Shown piece after piece: positions 11,543-21,404 of a DNA stretch of 32,000 nt. The DNA comes from Pasteurella multocida. Lineage in GTDB: Bacteria > Pseudomonadota > Gammaproteobacteria > Enterobacterales > Pasteurellaceae. Both the position numbers and the translations under genes were made by a program. The notes beneath the pieces were generated by a model. It was not told where the DNA came from. It was given only the letters and a program-made list of their open reading frames with translations, and did not search any database. Where the stretch lies: assembly GCF_900187275.1 (NCBI RefSeq), contig NZ_LT906458.1, forward strand, positions 2,160,001-2,192,000, written 5' to 3'. Position 1 is the stretch's first letter. Each line of letters starts with the position of its first letter.

Positions 11543-13117
11543 TTATCCTTTAGTGGTTAAATGATGTTTACGAATACCGACCAAGGCTAGCATTGAGAAG
11601 TAAATCACCACGGCAAAACCAATCAGCCAAATCAGCCAATGTAGGCGTGTTAAGAAGGTCATTGCATGCCATTCAAGTAAAGTGGGCGTGTTATACCAAA
11701 CTAATCCGCCCATGACACTTGCGGACAATAAAACTTTGCCAAAAAACACCGCACTTTGACGACTAAAATGGTAAACCTCCTCTTTTACTAAGCCACGATA
11801 AAGGAGATAAGCGTTAAGGGTAGCAGACATGGCGGAAGCCATCGCTAATCCTACATAGCTAAAGGGAATTGCCAGTAAATTAAAGCCCATGTTACTGACC
11901 ATAGCAATGATCCCAATTTTGACAGGGGTTTTAGTGTCCTGACGGGCGTAATAGCCGTTAGCCAAAATTTTGATGAGCATAAAACTGAGTAACCCAGCAT
12001 TAAATGCCCAGAGTGAAAGCGAAGCGGCTTGTACATCATTTAAGCCAAAGTTGCCACGCATAAATAACACTAACAGTAACGGCTGCGCTAAAATTGCAAT
12101 GCCGACCATCGCAGGCACACCTAAGAGTAGAATCATGCGAATGCCCCAATCTAGAGTATGACGGAAATCAATAGCACTTTGGCTTGAATGATCATGACGA
12201 TTGACATGGTGGCGTGCGAGAGTGGGAAGGATAACGGTGGAAATCGCAATCCCAAAGAGCCCTAATGGGAATTCCAGTAAGCGGTCGGAATAATATAACC
12301 AACTGATTGAACCCGTCATTAAAAAGCTCGCAATTAAGGTGTCTAATAATAAATTAATCTGACTGACAGACACACCAAATAATGCAGGGATCATGAGTGT
12401 GCGGATTTTCTTTACCCCTTCATCGTGCCATGCCCATTTGGGTTTGACGAGTAACCCGGCTTGTTTTAAAAAAGGAATTTGAAACAGAAATTGTAATAAC
12501 CCGCCAGTGAAAATACCGATCGCTAACGCTAAATCGGGGCTATCCATATGGGGGGCGAGGAACAAAGCGGTAGCAATCATCGCAATATTCAGTAAGACGG
12601 GAGAAAATGACATCACCCCAAATTTCCCAATCGTATTTAAGATTGCGCCAGAAAGGGCGACAAAGGTAACAAACCAAAGATAAGGAAAGGTGATTTTGAG
12701 TAGGAAAGAGGCTTGCTCAAATTTTTCCGCATTGGGTCCTTCATTGACCCAATCAATGAACCAACCCGTGCCAAACAGGGCGGCAATCAACGGGGAAAAG
12801 ACCATCGCCAAAATGGTGACAATGGAAACTAACCCGCCTAATGTGCCAGAGACTTTGCCGATAAATTCGCGAGTCTTATCCAGATCACCGCTTTTTCGAT
12901 ATTCTGCCAAAACAGGAACAAAGGCTTGTGAAAATGCGCCTTCGGCAAATAAACGTCGTAAAAAGTTAGGGATTTTGTTGGCAAATAAAAAGACATCTGC
13001 TGCCACACCCGCCCCCAGTAAATTTGCAATAACGACATCTCTGACTAAGCCTAGAATGCGTGATAACAACGTCATTGTACTGACGACAATGCCCGATTTT
13101 AATAATCCTTTGCTCAA
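11543..13117 (-). CDS. murJ: Lipid II flippase MurJ (MviN)
   Basis: MSKGLLKSGIVVSTMTLLSRILGLVRDVVIANLLGAG; RRLFAEGAFSQAFVPVL; 524 aa polytopic. Confidence 0.95.
   Translation of the reverse strand: MSKGLLKSGIVVSTMTLLSRILGLVRDVVIANLLGAGVAADVFLFANKIPNFLRRLFAEGAFSQAFVPVLAEYRKSGDLDKTREFIGKVSGTLGGLVSIVTILAMVFSPLIAALFGTGWFIDWVNEGPNAEKFEQASFLLKITFPYLWFVTFVALSGAILNTIGKFGVMSFSPVLLNIAMIATALFLAPHMDSPDLALAIGIFTGGLLQFLFQIPFLKQAGLLVKPKWAWHDEGVKKIRTLMIPALFGVSVSQINLLLDTLIASFLMTGSISWLYYSDRLLEFPLGLFGIAISTVILPTLARHHVNRHDHSSQSAIDFRHTLDWGIRMILLLGVPAMVGIAILAQPLLLVLFMRGNFGLNDVQAASLSLWAFNAGLLSFMLIKILANGYYARQDTKTPVKIGIIAMVSNMGFNLLAIPFSYVGLAMASAMSATLNAYLLYRGLVKEEVYHFSRQSAVFFGKVLLSASVMGGLVWYNTPTLLEWHAMTFLTRLHWLIWLIGFAVVIYFSMLALVGIRKHHLTTKG
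11748..11756 (-). repeat. DNA uptake signal core (ACCGCACTT)
   Basis: Exact 9-mer on the reverse strand. Confidence 0.8.
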
Positions 13118-13347
13118 AATAATATACTCGTCAGGTTTTGTTTGGATAATTAGTGAGGAAAATTTGCTTAATTGTATAGAAATTTTGTTTTTACGCTATA
13201 TTCTACGTGAAAAAACTGCTAAAATCTCGCCCACATCGTTTGGTGAGCCTATCTTGAAAGCGCTTGATTGATATAACGATGCTTAACTTTCGGTTGTGTC
13301 TCACCGAAATCAATAACAAATTTTCAGTGACTAAACGCAATTAGTCA

Positions 13348-13378
13348 TTGACAAAAGCATAGAAAATAGGCATATTTT
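13348..13378 (+). promoter_or_regulatory. Putative sigma70 promoter of rpsT
   Basis: TTGACA at 13348-13353 with an AT-rich TATTTT/CATATT -10-like region about 17-19 bp downstream, upstream of rpsT. Confidence 0.5.
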
Positions 13379-13422
13379 ACGCCTTTAATTTATCTCGTTT
13401 ACTAACAAATAATTTTAGGAGT

Positions 13423-13692
13423 TTGACCTTGGCTAATATCAAGTCAGCTAAAAAACGTGCGATTCAATCAGAAAAACGCCGTCAGCACAATGCAAGTCAA
13501 CGCTCAATGATGCGTACTTACATTAAAAAAGTTTACGCAGCAGTCGCAGCAGGTGATAAATCAGTCGCAGAGAAAGCATTTGTTGAAATGCAAAAAGTGG
13601 TGGACAGAATGGCTTCTAAAGGCTTAATCCACGCAAATAAAGCGGCGAATCACAAAGCAAACTTATCTGCACAAATCAAAAAATTAGCGTAA
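13423..13692 (+). CDS. rpsT: 30S ribosomal protein S20
   Basis: [34 protein letters not shown]; start [12 protein letters not shown]. The initiation codon may be the TTG encoding the Leu (TTGGCTAAT) just inside this ORF. Confidence 0.97.
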   Translation: MTLANIKSAKKRAIQSEKRRQHNASQRSMMRTYIKKVYAAVAAGDKSVAEKAFVEMQKVVDRMASKGLIHANKAANHKANLSAQIKKLA

Positions 13693-13714
13693 TTTTTCGA
13701 TTCTAAGCAAATTA

Positions 13715-13744
13715 AAAAACCGCATTATCAGGTGCGGTTTTTTT
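13715..13744 (+). terminator. Rho-independent terminator of rpsT
   Basis: AAAAACCGCA-TTATCAGG-TGCGGTTTTT followed by further T residues. Confidence 0.85.
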
Positions 13745-13748
13745 ATTT

Positions 13749-14429
13749 CTATTTATTCAAACGTCTGCGACGTCGGTGGTAGTTTCCTACATTTTGCTTG
13801 GTTTTTAACACCTTAACCGCTTTATTTTCAGTGACTTTACGGTAAGTTCTTCGGTAATGGCTCAGGAAATAATGTATAGAGCTTGCCAATAATACCCCAG
13901 CCAGAAAAATAATAATTAATTCGCCATATAACTGATGAAATAAATGATCAATTTTGCTTTGTGTCGTTTTGCCATATTTGGAGTCAAAGGTCACCCGCAA
14001 AAAGCCTTCAATCCCATTTAGCGAATAAATAGGTTCTACAATTTGTTGCGTATTTTCTTCATCAGGTTGAGTGGGACTATTTAAGCCGAGTGTGAGGCGC
14101 AAATTTTGAAAATGACTGGTGTGCGCTAAAAGTTCCCCTCTATTAGAATAAATTGAGGCATCCAACACAAATTCCTCTTTTGCGAACGCATCTAAACTTT
14201 CCGTTAATTGTTCTGTACTTGCATTATTTACTAATAGCATAGAAAGTAAATTAGCCTGTTGACGGATTAATAAATGTGACAAATTAGACACTTGGTTAAC
14301 ACTGGCTAATTGTGAACCAATTTTGAATTGCTGAACACCAAATAAGATCACCGAAACAATCGCAATACATAAGATGATGATCGATGAAATCATGCTTAAT
14401 TTAATGAATTTTTCTTTGGTTAAATGCAA
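13749..14429 (-). CDS. YtjB/Smp-family membrane protein, divergent from serB
   Basis: TM segment at N-terminus, periplasmic region, second TM (LIIIFLAGVLLASSIHYFLSHYRRTYRKV); the position divergent to serB matches E. coli smp/ytjB. Confidence 0.7.
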   Translation of the reverse strand: MHLTKEKFIKLSMISSIIILCIAIVSVILFGVQQFKIGSQLASVNQVSNLSHLLIRQQANLLSMLLVNNASTEQLTESLDAFAKEEFVLDASIYSNRGELLAHTSHFQNLRLTLGLNSPTQPDEENTQQIVEPIYSLNGIEGFLRVTFDSKYGKTTQSKIDHLFHQLYGELIIIFLAGVLLASSIHYFLSHYRRTYRKVTENKAVKVLKTKQNVGNYHRRRRRLNK

Positions 14430-14508
14430 GTTATTTTTTCCTAAAGATAAGTAAATGGGCTAGAATACCAACACGTTATTTTCAGCTCGACAATTTACAG
14501 GATTTTCT

Positions 14509-15471
14509 ATGCAAACACAAAATCTTGCGACGATTACGCAATTTTTTTCTTCTTTCCCTTGTTCGATTACGAGTAGTGAACCAGTAACGGAAGGGAAAAC
14601 ACACATGGTTGTCTATGGAGAAACCTTAAATCTGCTCAAGCTTCGTCAATTTCAACAAAAGTGCGGTGAAAATTTCATTATTTTAGAAGCTTGGAATGTA
14701 TTACACAATACAGTCGTATTATTACGAGGGGATTGGCACACACAATGGCTCGATTATGCACATGAATTGGGCCTTGATTGTGCATTATTGGATTTTAGTC
14801 CTCGTTTAGCACAAGCCGGGTTGTTAGTGATGGATATGGATTCCACAGCAATTCAAATTGAATGTATTGATGAGATTGCAAAATTAGCTGGAACAGGGGA
14901 GTTGGTTTCTTCCATTACGGCACAAGCCATGCGTGGCGAGTTAGACTTTGAACAAAGTTTACGTCGTCGTGTGAGTACTTTAAAAGGGGCGCCTGAAACG
15001 ATTTTAAAGACAGTACGTGATAACTTACCTTTAATGCCCGGTTTAGAAGACACATTAGCAGTATTACAACAATATGGTTGGAAAACGGCGATTGCTTCAG
15101 GTGGTTTTACGTATTTTACTGATTATCTCAAACAGCGTTTGAAGTTAGATTATACCGTTGCAAATCAGTTTGCTATTGAAGAAGGGATACTGACTGGTGA
15201 CGTCGCGGGTGACGTGGTTGATGCACAGTATAAAGCACGTACTTTAGGCGAGTTAGCAGAAAAATTTAACATTGCTTTACAACACACGGTGGCGATTGGC
15301 GATGGCGCAAATGATCTGGCTATGCTAAGTGTAGCAGGCATGGGTGTTGCATTACATGCCAAGCCGAAGGTACAACAACAAGCCAAAGTTGTGGTAAACT
15401 TTGCAGACTTTAGCGCACTGTTATGTTTACTGAGTGCAAATGATAAATTGGTTAAAGCAAATAAGGAGTAA
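14509..15471 (+). CDS. serB: Phosphoserine phosphatase
   Basis: LLVMDMDSTAIQIECIDEIA (DxDST), GGFTYFTDYLK, AIGDGANDLAMLSVAGMGVALHAKP. Confidence 0.96.
   Translation: MQTQNLATITQFFSSFPCSITSSEPVTEGKTHMVVYGETLNLLKLRQFQQKCGENFIILEAWNVLHNTVVLLRGDWHTQWLDYAHELGLDCALLDFSPRLAQAGLLVMDMDSTAIQIECIDEIAKLAGTGELVSSITAQAMRGELDFEQSLRRRVSTLKGAPETILKTVRDNLPLMPGLEDTLAVLQQYGWKTAIASGGFTYFTDYLKQRLKLDYTVANQFAIEEGILTGDVAGDVVDAQYKARTLGELAEKFNIALQHTVAIGDGANDLAMLSVAGMGVALHAKPKVQQQAKVVVNFADFSALLCLLSANDKLVKANKE
14659..14667 (+). repeat. DNA uptake signal core AAGTGCGGT
   Basis: Exact 9-mer. Confidence 0.8.
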
Positions 15472-15477
15472 TGATTT

Positions 15478-15969
15478 ATGCCTTCTTTTGATATCGTATC
15501 TGAAATTACCTTACATGAAGTGCGCAATGCCGTCGAAAATGCCAATCGTGATTTGACGAATCGCTGGGATTTTCGCAATGTACAAGCCGCGATTGAATTG
15601 AATGAAAAAAATGAAAGTATTAAAGTATCTAGTGAGTCTGATTTTCAAGTTGAGCAATTAGTGGATATTTTACGCAACGCTTGTATTAAGCGTGGCATTG
15701 ATTCAGGTTCCTTAGATATTCCAACAGAATATGAGCATAGTGGGAAAACCTACAGTAAAGAGATTAAATTAAAACAAGGGATTGCGTCAGAAATGGCGAA
15801 GAAAATCACCAAGTTAATTAAGGATTCCAAACTGAAAGTACAGACGCAGATTCAAGGTGAACAAGTTCGCGTGACTGGAAAGTCAAGGGATGACTTGCAA
15901 GCGGTGATTCAATTGGTGAAAGGCGCAGAATTAGGACAGCCATTCCAATTTAATAATTTTAGAGATTAG
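15478..15969 (+). CDS. yajQ: YajQ-family nucleotide-binding protein (UPF0234)
   Basis: [35 protein letters not shown], hallmark of YajQ. Confidence 0.95.
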   Translation: MPSFDIVSEITLHEVRNAVENANRDLTNRWDFRNVQAAIELNEKNESIKVSSESDFQVEQLVDILRNACIKRGIDSGSLDIPTEYEHSGKTYSKEIKLKQGIASEMAKKITKLIKDSKLKVQTQIQGEQVRVTGKSRDDLQAVIQLVKGAELGQPFQFNNFRD

Positions 15970-15989
15970 CATGTAATGCTGTGATCTAG

Positions 15990-16016
15990 AAAGCCGAGTG
16001 AGAACTCGGCTTTTTT
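15990..16016 (+). terminator. Rho-independent terminator after yajQ
   Basis: AAAGCCGAGT-GAGA-ACTCGGCTTTTTT. Confidence 0.85.
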
Positions 16017-16052
16017 GTATCATGATACGCAATCTCGTGTGATTGCTCTTCA

Positions 16053-16316
16053 TTATTTACTCATGATTTTAAAGAATCTTAAGATAAAGATCAGAACACT
16101 TGCACCTAATACACCAAAGAGTAAGCCTGCAAATGAGAAACTGCCTGCTGCCTGTGCTGAGCCAATTTCAAGAACATCACCAAATAACCAACGACCAAGT
16201 GATGAACCGATAATCCCGATGATGATATTCATTAACAGACCCATGTCACTTTTCATGACTTGCTCTGCAATCCAACCGATTAAAGCCCCAACAATAATAG
16301 CTGAAATCCAACCCAT
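16053..16316 (-). CDS. GlsB/YeaQ/YmgE-family (transglycosylase-associated) small membrane protein
   Basis: 87 aa; GWISAIIVGALIGWIAEQVMKSDMGLLMNIIIGIIGSSLGRWLFG...LGASVLIFILRFF. Confidence 0.85.
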   Translation of the reverse strand: MGWISAIIVGALIGWIAEQVMKSDMGLLMNIIIGIIGSSLGRWLFGDVLEIGSAQAAGSFSFAGLLFGVLGASVLIFILRFFKIMSK

Positions 16317-16791
16317 ATTTTTCTCCTCTATGAGTAGTTTATATACAAAAAAATTAAAATCGATTCATGATTTTAAAAAAAGAAAAATGATATATAAAAG
16401 ATAGTGGAGTATGTTATGCATCAATCACACCATTTCTTATATAAAAATAACATAACAGAAATTTACATTATTTCAACAAAATGACGTATTTATGTACAAT
16501 AATCATGCTTGATGATGTTTATTTAATCAATTTCGATGGGTTGAAAACGTTTGTTCAGTGCTTTTTGTTATAAAGAGATGATGGATATTATTAGTGAGTC
16601 TCTTCGCCCTTCCGGCATTTTACAGTACATTTGAGATTTTATCTGGTATTACTCTATTTTGAGGCACGACGAGAATCAGCAACTTAACTATCAGTGAATA
16701 CAGGGTAATTAAACTCGAGTCGTTGTACTCAATTCGAAAACATTAACGGATTTGAGAGGAGGCTGTTGGATGAGGTTTAGGATAAGGGCTT

Positions 16792-16868
16792 TGGTGCCCC
16801 CAACAGGACTTGAACCTGTGACCAATCGATTATGAGTCGACTGCTCTGACCGACTGAGCTATGGGGGC
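16792..16868 (-). tRNA. tRNA with CAU anticodon, most similar to tRNA-Ile2 (lysidine-modified); elongator Met not fully excluded
   Basis: Reverse complement GCCCCCATAGCTCAGTCGGTCAGAGCAGTCGACTCATAATCGATTGGTCACAGGTTCAAGTCCTGTTGGGGGCACCA folds as a cloverleaf. Anticodon arm GTCGA-CTCATAA-TCGAT; the arm and variable region (CGACTCATAATCG.TTGGTC) resemble E. coli ileX/ileY more than metT; encoded CCA. Confidence 0.88.
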
Positions 16869-17114
16869 TATATGAAATATGAAAGCTCGACGATTATAGA
16901 GAAATCTTGTTGTAAAGTCTAGGGAGTGACTTTTATCTGTTTTAAATTTAAGCAAGAGAGAGGGCACATATTGCATATCTGTTTTCTTAAATTTAAGTTT
17001 ACTACGCGTATTTTTTCCTTATTACGACAGGAACAAGTAGTGTGGTGCTGTTTTATTTACGCTTATGCCTGTAACACATTCTGCGGTGTGTTGTGTTCAA
17101 ATTGGGTTGAAAAT

Positions 17115-17156
17115 AATAAAGCCTGCGATCAACTTCCTCTGATGGCAGGCTTTATT
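17115..17156 (-). terminator. Probable terminator of the minus-strand TRAP operon
   Basis: AAAGCCTGC (17118-17126) paired with GCAGGCTTT (17145-17153) around an 18-nt loop; U-rich tract on the minus-strand exit side, directly after the dctM stop. Confidence 0.65.
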
Positions 17157-17167
17157 TCGTTTCATCA

Positions 17168-18448
17168 TTAATAGAATAGGTCCACCATACCAACCGTCAA
17201 TGCAGGAATATAAGTGACCATCATTAAAGAAATTAATAATACAACAATAAACCAAACATTATCCTTAGTGACACTCCAAATATCTTTTTTCGCGATAGAT
17301 GAGGCTGTGATTAATACACTTGCCACCGGTGGTGTTTGCTGACCCACTGCAATGTTTAACGTTAAGATGATACCAAAATGAATCGGATCAATGCCCAATT
17401 GTGTAATCAGAGGCATAACAATAGGGACGACTAAAATAATGGCCGCCGCGCCATGTAAAAACATACCAACAATAAATAACATGACATTTAGCATCATTAA
17501 AACGATATATTTATTGTCCGAGATATTTAAAATTGCTGCAGCCATTTGTTGAGGTACTTTCTGTTCTGTTAAAAACAATCCCAAAACAGCTGACGTCGCA
17601 ACCAGTAGCATGACAACGGATGTTCCATTTACACTTTCTACCAATGCTTTATATACTGCATTGAGTGTGAGCTCTTTGTAAATGAAAAAACCAATGATTA
17701 ATGCTAAAAGTACAGCTAAGCCGGCCGCTTCTGTTGCAGTGGTAAAACCTGAAATAATCCCACCTAAAATCAGAACAGGTAACGTTAACGCCCAGAACGC
17801 ATTTTTGAATGCTGTGCATAATTTAGACAAGCTGAAGTGTTCTTCCCTCGGTAAATTATATTTAACCGCATAATAATAACATACAGCAAACATACCTAAC
17901 GAAGCTACACCACCTGCGGCAAGTCCTGCCACAAAAAGCTTAGAAATAGAAACATCCGCCATCGCACCATAAATAATCATGGGGAGTGAGGGTGGGATAA
18001 TCACCGCTAAGGAAGCCGATGATGAAGTAACAGCAGCAGAAAAGCTTGATTTATAACCTCTTTTTTTCATTGCAGGAATGAGGATAGAACCCAGTGCGGC
18101 AACATCCGCTACAGAAGATCCGGAAATTTCAGCAAAGATCATGGAAACACCCACATTGACCATTGCAAGCCCACCTCGGACGAAGCCGATTAAAGCATTA
18201 ACAAAATTAATCAGCCTAACCGATATTCCGCCTGTATTCATTAATGCTCCTGCTAAAATGAAAAGCGGAATAGCAAGTAATGAAAAATTAGAGGCGCCAT
18301 CAAAAACAGACAGTGCGACGTTATATATTGCATCAAAACTATTTGTAATTAACATACCTATGAGTGAAACAATACCAATTGCTACTGCGATAGGCACATT
18401 AATCATAACAAGTAGAACAAGTGCAATTAAAACTAAGAATGCAATCAT
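17168..18448 (-). CDS. TRAP transporter large permease subunit DctM (TRAP system 1)
   Basis: 426 aa; [75 protein letters not shown]. Confidence 0.94.
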
Positions 18449-19005
18449 TGTAATTTCTCCCTTGCTATCTTCATACCTTCATTACTGTCCACATCTCGTA
18501 ATGCTTGTTCTATTTCCTCATCATCTTGGGTTTTACCTTTGCTGAGAGAATTAAACGCTTTCGGTATGGATAAAAGTTCTGCAATGATGAATAACACACA
18601 ACCTATAGGCAAAGCAGATTGTGCAACAGATAACGGAATAAAATCGAGGCTGGTGAGTGTTTCATCACCGAAAATAGAAAGCACATAAAAACCAGCCCAA
18701 GTTAATAAAATAAAGAAACTAATAATTAATACTTCTGTGATGCAGAAAAGAACCTTTCTTGTGGTGAGCGGTAACGAAGCGATAAAATTCCCGAATCCCA
18801 TATGACAACGATTTAACGCACTTAGTGCCGCACCATAAAAAGTGAGCCAAGCGAGTAATATCGCCGAGATTTCATCATACCAATATAATGATTTGCCTAA
18901 GAATCGGGTAAATATAGAAATAATGATAATAATGGCCAATGCACTTAAAATAAGTACTGAAATCAGCGTTAAAATTCTTTTCGTTAGGTTAAAGAGTGCG
19001 TCCAT
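18445..19005 (-). CDS. TRAP transporter small permease subunit DctQ (TRAP system 1)
   Basis: 186 aa, four TM segments, FTRFLGKSLYWYDEISAILLAWLTFYGAALS; overlaps dctM by 4 nt. Confidence 0.9.
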   Translation of the reverse strand: MDALFNLTKRILTLISVLILSALAIIIIISIFTRFLGKSLYWYDEISAILLAWLTFYGAALSALNRCHMGFGNFIASLPLTTRKVLFCITEVLIISFFILLTWAGFYVLSIFGDETLTSLDFIPLSVAQSALPIGCVLFIIAELLSIPKAFNSLSKGKTQDDEEIEQALRDVDSNEGMKIAREKLQ

Positions 19006-19028
19006 AAAAACTTACCCCCGGTTTCTTT

Positions 19029-20018
19029 TTACTTAAGCGTATCCTTCATTTTCTCTAATAATTCTTTTCCATTTGGAACTTCAGAAATGAATTCATCGTA
19101 GATAGGTTGGCTCGCTTCGATAAATGCTTGAATATTTGCATGATTAAGTGTCATGCCACTTTCTACTAATTTCTTTTCCAGTTCACTTTCTCGTTTTTCG
19201 GCCTCCTGATATCCCCATGTTTGTGCTTCTTTTGCCCCAGCTTCAATAATTTTCCGAACATTTTCAGGTAATTTTTGATATGTGTTTTTGCCTACCGTAA
19301 GGTAAGCAGGAGAATAAACATGGTTAGTGATACTGAGATATTTTTGAACCTCTTGGAGTTTGGCTGCATAGATGTTTGTTAGTGGGTTTTCTTGACCGTC
19401 TATGACGCCGGTTCTTAAACCAATAAACACGTCTCCGAAAGGAATTGGTGTTGGGTTAGCACCCCATGCTTTAAACATTTTTAAACGCCAAGAGCTACTT
19501 GGGGTACGAATTTTTAATCCTTTCAAGTCTTCAGGGCGATTGATTGGGCGTGTATTGTTAGTAATACTTCTAAATCCATTCTCCCATAACCCAATGATTT
19601 TATATCCTTTTTTCTCTACTTCTGGTGCAACGAAAGGATAGAAGACTTGTTGCTCAATTTTATTCAGCTGTTGACGGTTTGTGATTAAGAAAGGTAATTC
19701 AAAAATCGCCATTTGAGGAATGTTCGTAGCGAGTGTTGAAGAGAGAAGGGCTATATCAATCGTCCCTAATTTTAATTTTTGCTGCGTGTCTTTATCATTC
19801 CCTAGTTGACCAGAACCAAAGAAATTTAAACGGTAGTCTAATTTAGCTTCCGAAAGTTTTTGGTTTGTGACATCCACAAAATATTTTGTCGTGTCATATT
19901 GTAAAGAACCTAGACTAGCCGTTGTGGATACAACGAGATCTTTAGCCAGAATACTATTCGCAAATAAGAGTGATAAAGATGCCACAATGGTTAATCTTTT
20001 TAATAATGATGTACTCAT
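19029..20018 (-). CDS. TRAP transporter substrate-binding protein DctP (TRAP system 1)
   Basis: Signal peptide; DLKGLKIRTPSSWRLKMFKAWGANPTPIPFGDVFIGLRTGVIDGQENPLTNIY. Start placed at Met5 of the ORF track (20018). Confidence 0.93.
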   Translation of the reverse strand: MSTSLLKRLTIVASLSLLFANSILAKDLVVSTTASLGSLQYDTTKYFVDVTNQKLSEAKLDYRLNFFGSGQLGNDKDTQQKLKLGTIDIALLSSTLATNIPQMAIFELPFLITNRQQLNKIEQQVFYPFVAPEVEKKGYKIIGLWENGFRSITNNTRPINRPEDLKGLKIRTPSSSWRLKMFKAWGANPTPIPFGDVFIGLRTGVIDGQENPLTNIYAAKLQEVQKYLSITNHVYSPAYLTVGKNTYQKLPENVRKIIEAGAKEAQTWGYQEAEKRESELEKKLVESGMTLNHANIQAFIEASQPIYDEFISEVPNGKELLEKMKDTLK

Positions 20019-20164
20019 AGTGAAAGTCTCCATTAGTAGTTTTATGTTTGTGGAAGGATAAAACAGCCTAATAAATCCTCAGTGTTGAAAAGTGATTGGG
20101 ATATGCGAATATTGTTCAATATAACCAAAGGTGATCGTTTGTTCAATCTATGTAATTTTGAATA

Positions 20165-20180
20165 TGTGATCGTATTCACG
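20165..20180. promoter_or_regulatory. CRP-like site, TGTGA-TCGTAT-TCACG
   Basis: Matches TGTGA-N6-TCACA with one mismatch, in the divergent promoter region. Confidence 0.7.
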
Positions 20181-20260
20181 TTTTTGATGTACTATTAACA
20201 CAAAACCTTTTAAAGAACGGGGTTTTTATTTGAAAAAGTTTTAAAAAAGAAATTCAATTA

Positions 20261-20276
20261 TGTGATATTCATCACA
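20261..20276. promoter_or_regulatory. CRP site, TGTGA-TATTCA-TCACA
   Basis: Both half-sites match the CRP consensus, about 95 bp upstream of the pdxA2-like start. Confidence 0.8.
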
Positions 20277-20370
20277 CTATAAAGGTATGAAATTTGTTTT
20301 AATACATTTAACAAAAGTTAAAATATTGATCTTTTGATCATTTCGTTTATTTGTTATTAGGAGAGTTATC

Positions 20371-21384
20371 ATGACGAAATCTACAGTGGCATTGACGTTA
20401 GGTGATCCTGCCGGTATTGGTCCAGAGTTAGTTGCTAAATTACTAGCAAAACAAAATATCAGAGAGAAAGCGAACATTGTGCTAGTGGCAGATAAAGATG
20501 AATTAGAAAAAGGGATGGAGATCGCTAAAGCACAGTTTGTATATGAAGAAGTATCTTTTCATCAATTAGGTCAATATGAATTCAAAACAGGTGTACCCGT
20601 TTTAATTTCTCATAAATCTTCACACCCAAAGCCTTTTGAGTACGGCAAAGTTACTGAACAAAGTGGTGTCTATATTTTAGAAACGCTAAAAGTCGCATTA
20701 AATTTAGCAAAAATGGGGTATGTGCAAGCGATTTGTTTTGCACCACTAAATAAACAAGCGATGCATAAAGGTGGACTGCGTTATCGAGATGAATTGCATT
20801 GGTTTGCCGAGCAAACAGATTTCAATGAATTTGTTTGTGAGTTAAATGTGGTTGATGATATTTGGGCTGCACGAGTGACTTCTCATATTCCATTTAAAGA
20901 TATTGTGCCTAATCTATCAATTAAGGGTGTATTTGATTGTATTCATCTTCTCTATCGCTCGTTAGTTCAAGCTGGTGTTGAAAATCCTAAAATCGCTGTT
21001 CAGGCATTAAATCCTCATGGCGGGGAAGGGGGTGTTTTTGGTGATGAAGAAATGACGATTATTCAACCAGGAATGGAACAAGCACGTAAAGCAGGAATTG
21101 ATGTTTATGGCCCATTTCCTGGTGATACCACAATGCGTGAAGTTGAACGTTTAAAAATTAATGGCGTTGTTTCCATGTACCATGATCAATTTTCTACTGC
21201 GTTGAAGATTTTAGGTTTTGAACGTGGTGTGACAGTACAAGGTGGCATTCCGATTCCTATCACAACAGCTAACCACGGTACCGCATTTGATTTACATGGT
21301 AAAAATATTGCTATTCCGACTGCATTTGAAGCAGCGTTTAACATTGCAGTTAGAATGGGACAGGGTGTTTTAAATCAAAAGTAA
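20371..21384 (+). CDS. PdxA2-type 4-phospho-acid dehydrogenase (4-hydroxythreonine-4-phosphate dehydrogenase family)
   Basis: TLGDPAGIGPELVAKLL; TSHIP; ALNPHGGEGGVFGDEE; GPFPGDTTM; VSMYHDQ; TTANHGTAFDLHGKN. Confidence 0.9.
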   Translation: MTKSTVALTLGDPAGIGPELVAKLLAKQNIREKANIVLVADKDELEKGMEIAKAQFVYEEVSFHQLGQYEFKTGVPVLISHKSSHPKPFEYGKVTEQSGVYILETLKVALNLAKMGYVQAICFAPLNKQAMHKGGLRYRDELHWFAEQTDFNEFVCELNVVDDIWAARVTSHIPFKDIVPNLSIKGVFDCIHLLYRSLVQAGVENPKIAVQALNPHGGEGGVFGDEEMTIIQPGMEQARKAGIDVYGPFPGDTTMREVERLKINGVVSMYHDQFSTALKILGFERGVTVQGGIPIPITTANHGTAFDLHGKNIAIPTAFEAAFNIAVRMGQGVLNQK

Positions 21385-21404
21385 TCTTTGCTGAGGACTC
21401 AAAA

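Noticed and set aside
12690-13271. 193-aa plus-strand ORF antisense to murJ.
   Set aside because: It lies mostly opposite the clearly coding murJ, and its composition looks like shadow translation.
15165-15578. 137-aa minus-strand ORF antisense to serB/yajQ.
   Set aside because: It is a shadow of two well-supported plus-strand genes.
16015-16404. 129-aa plus-strand ORF opposite the GlsB/YeaQ-type gene.
   Set aside because: It is antisense to a recognisable membrane protein, and the translation is low complexity with no family match.
16792-17171. tRNA gene beside an accessory-looking locus, suggesting an integrated genomic island.
   Set aside because: The tRNA is on the minus strand, so its 3' end (usual attB) faces 16.79 kb, away from the catabolic genes. 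No integrase, attachment repeat or phage gene is visible.
16926-17171. 81-aa plus-strand ORF between the tRNA and dctM.
   Set aside because: It overlaps the predicted terminator and the dctM end, is Cys/Phe-rich with no recognisable family, and is likely spurious.
20371-21384. Biosynthetic pdxA for vitamin B6.
   Set aside because: The ATANHGTAFDLHGK-type ending and operon context with DhaK, SorC regulator and TRAP genes fit the catabolic PdxA2 group better.
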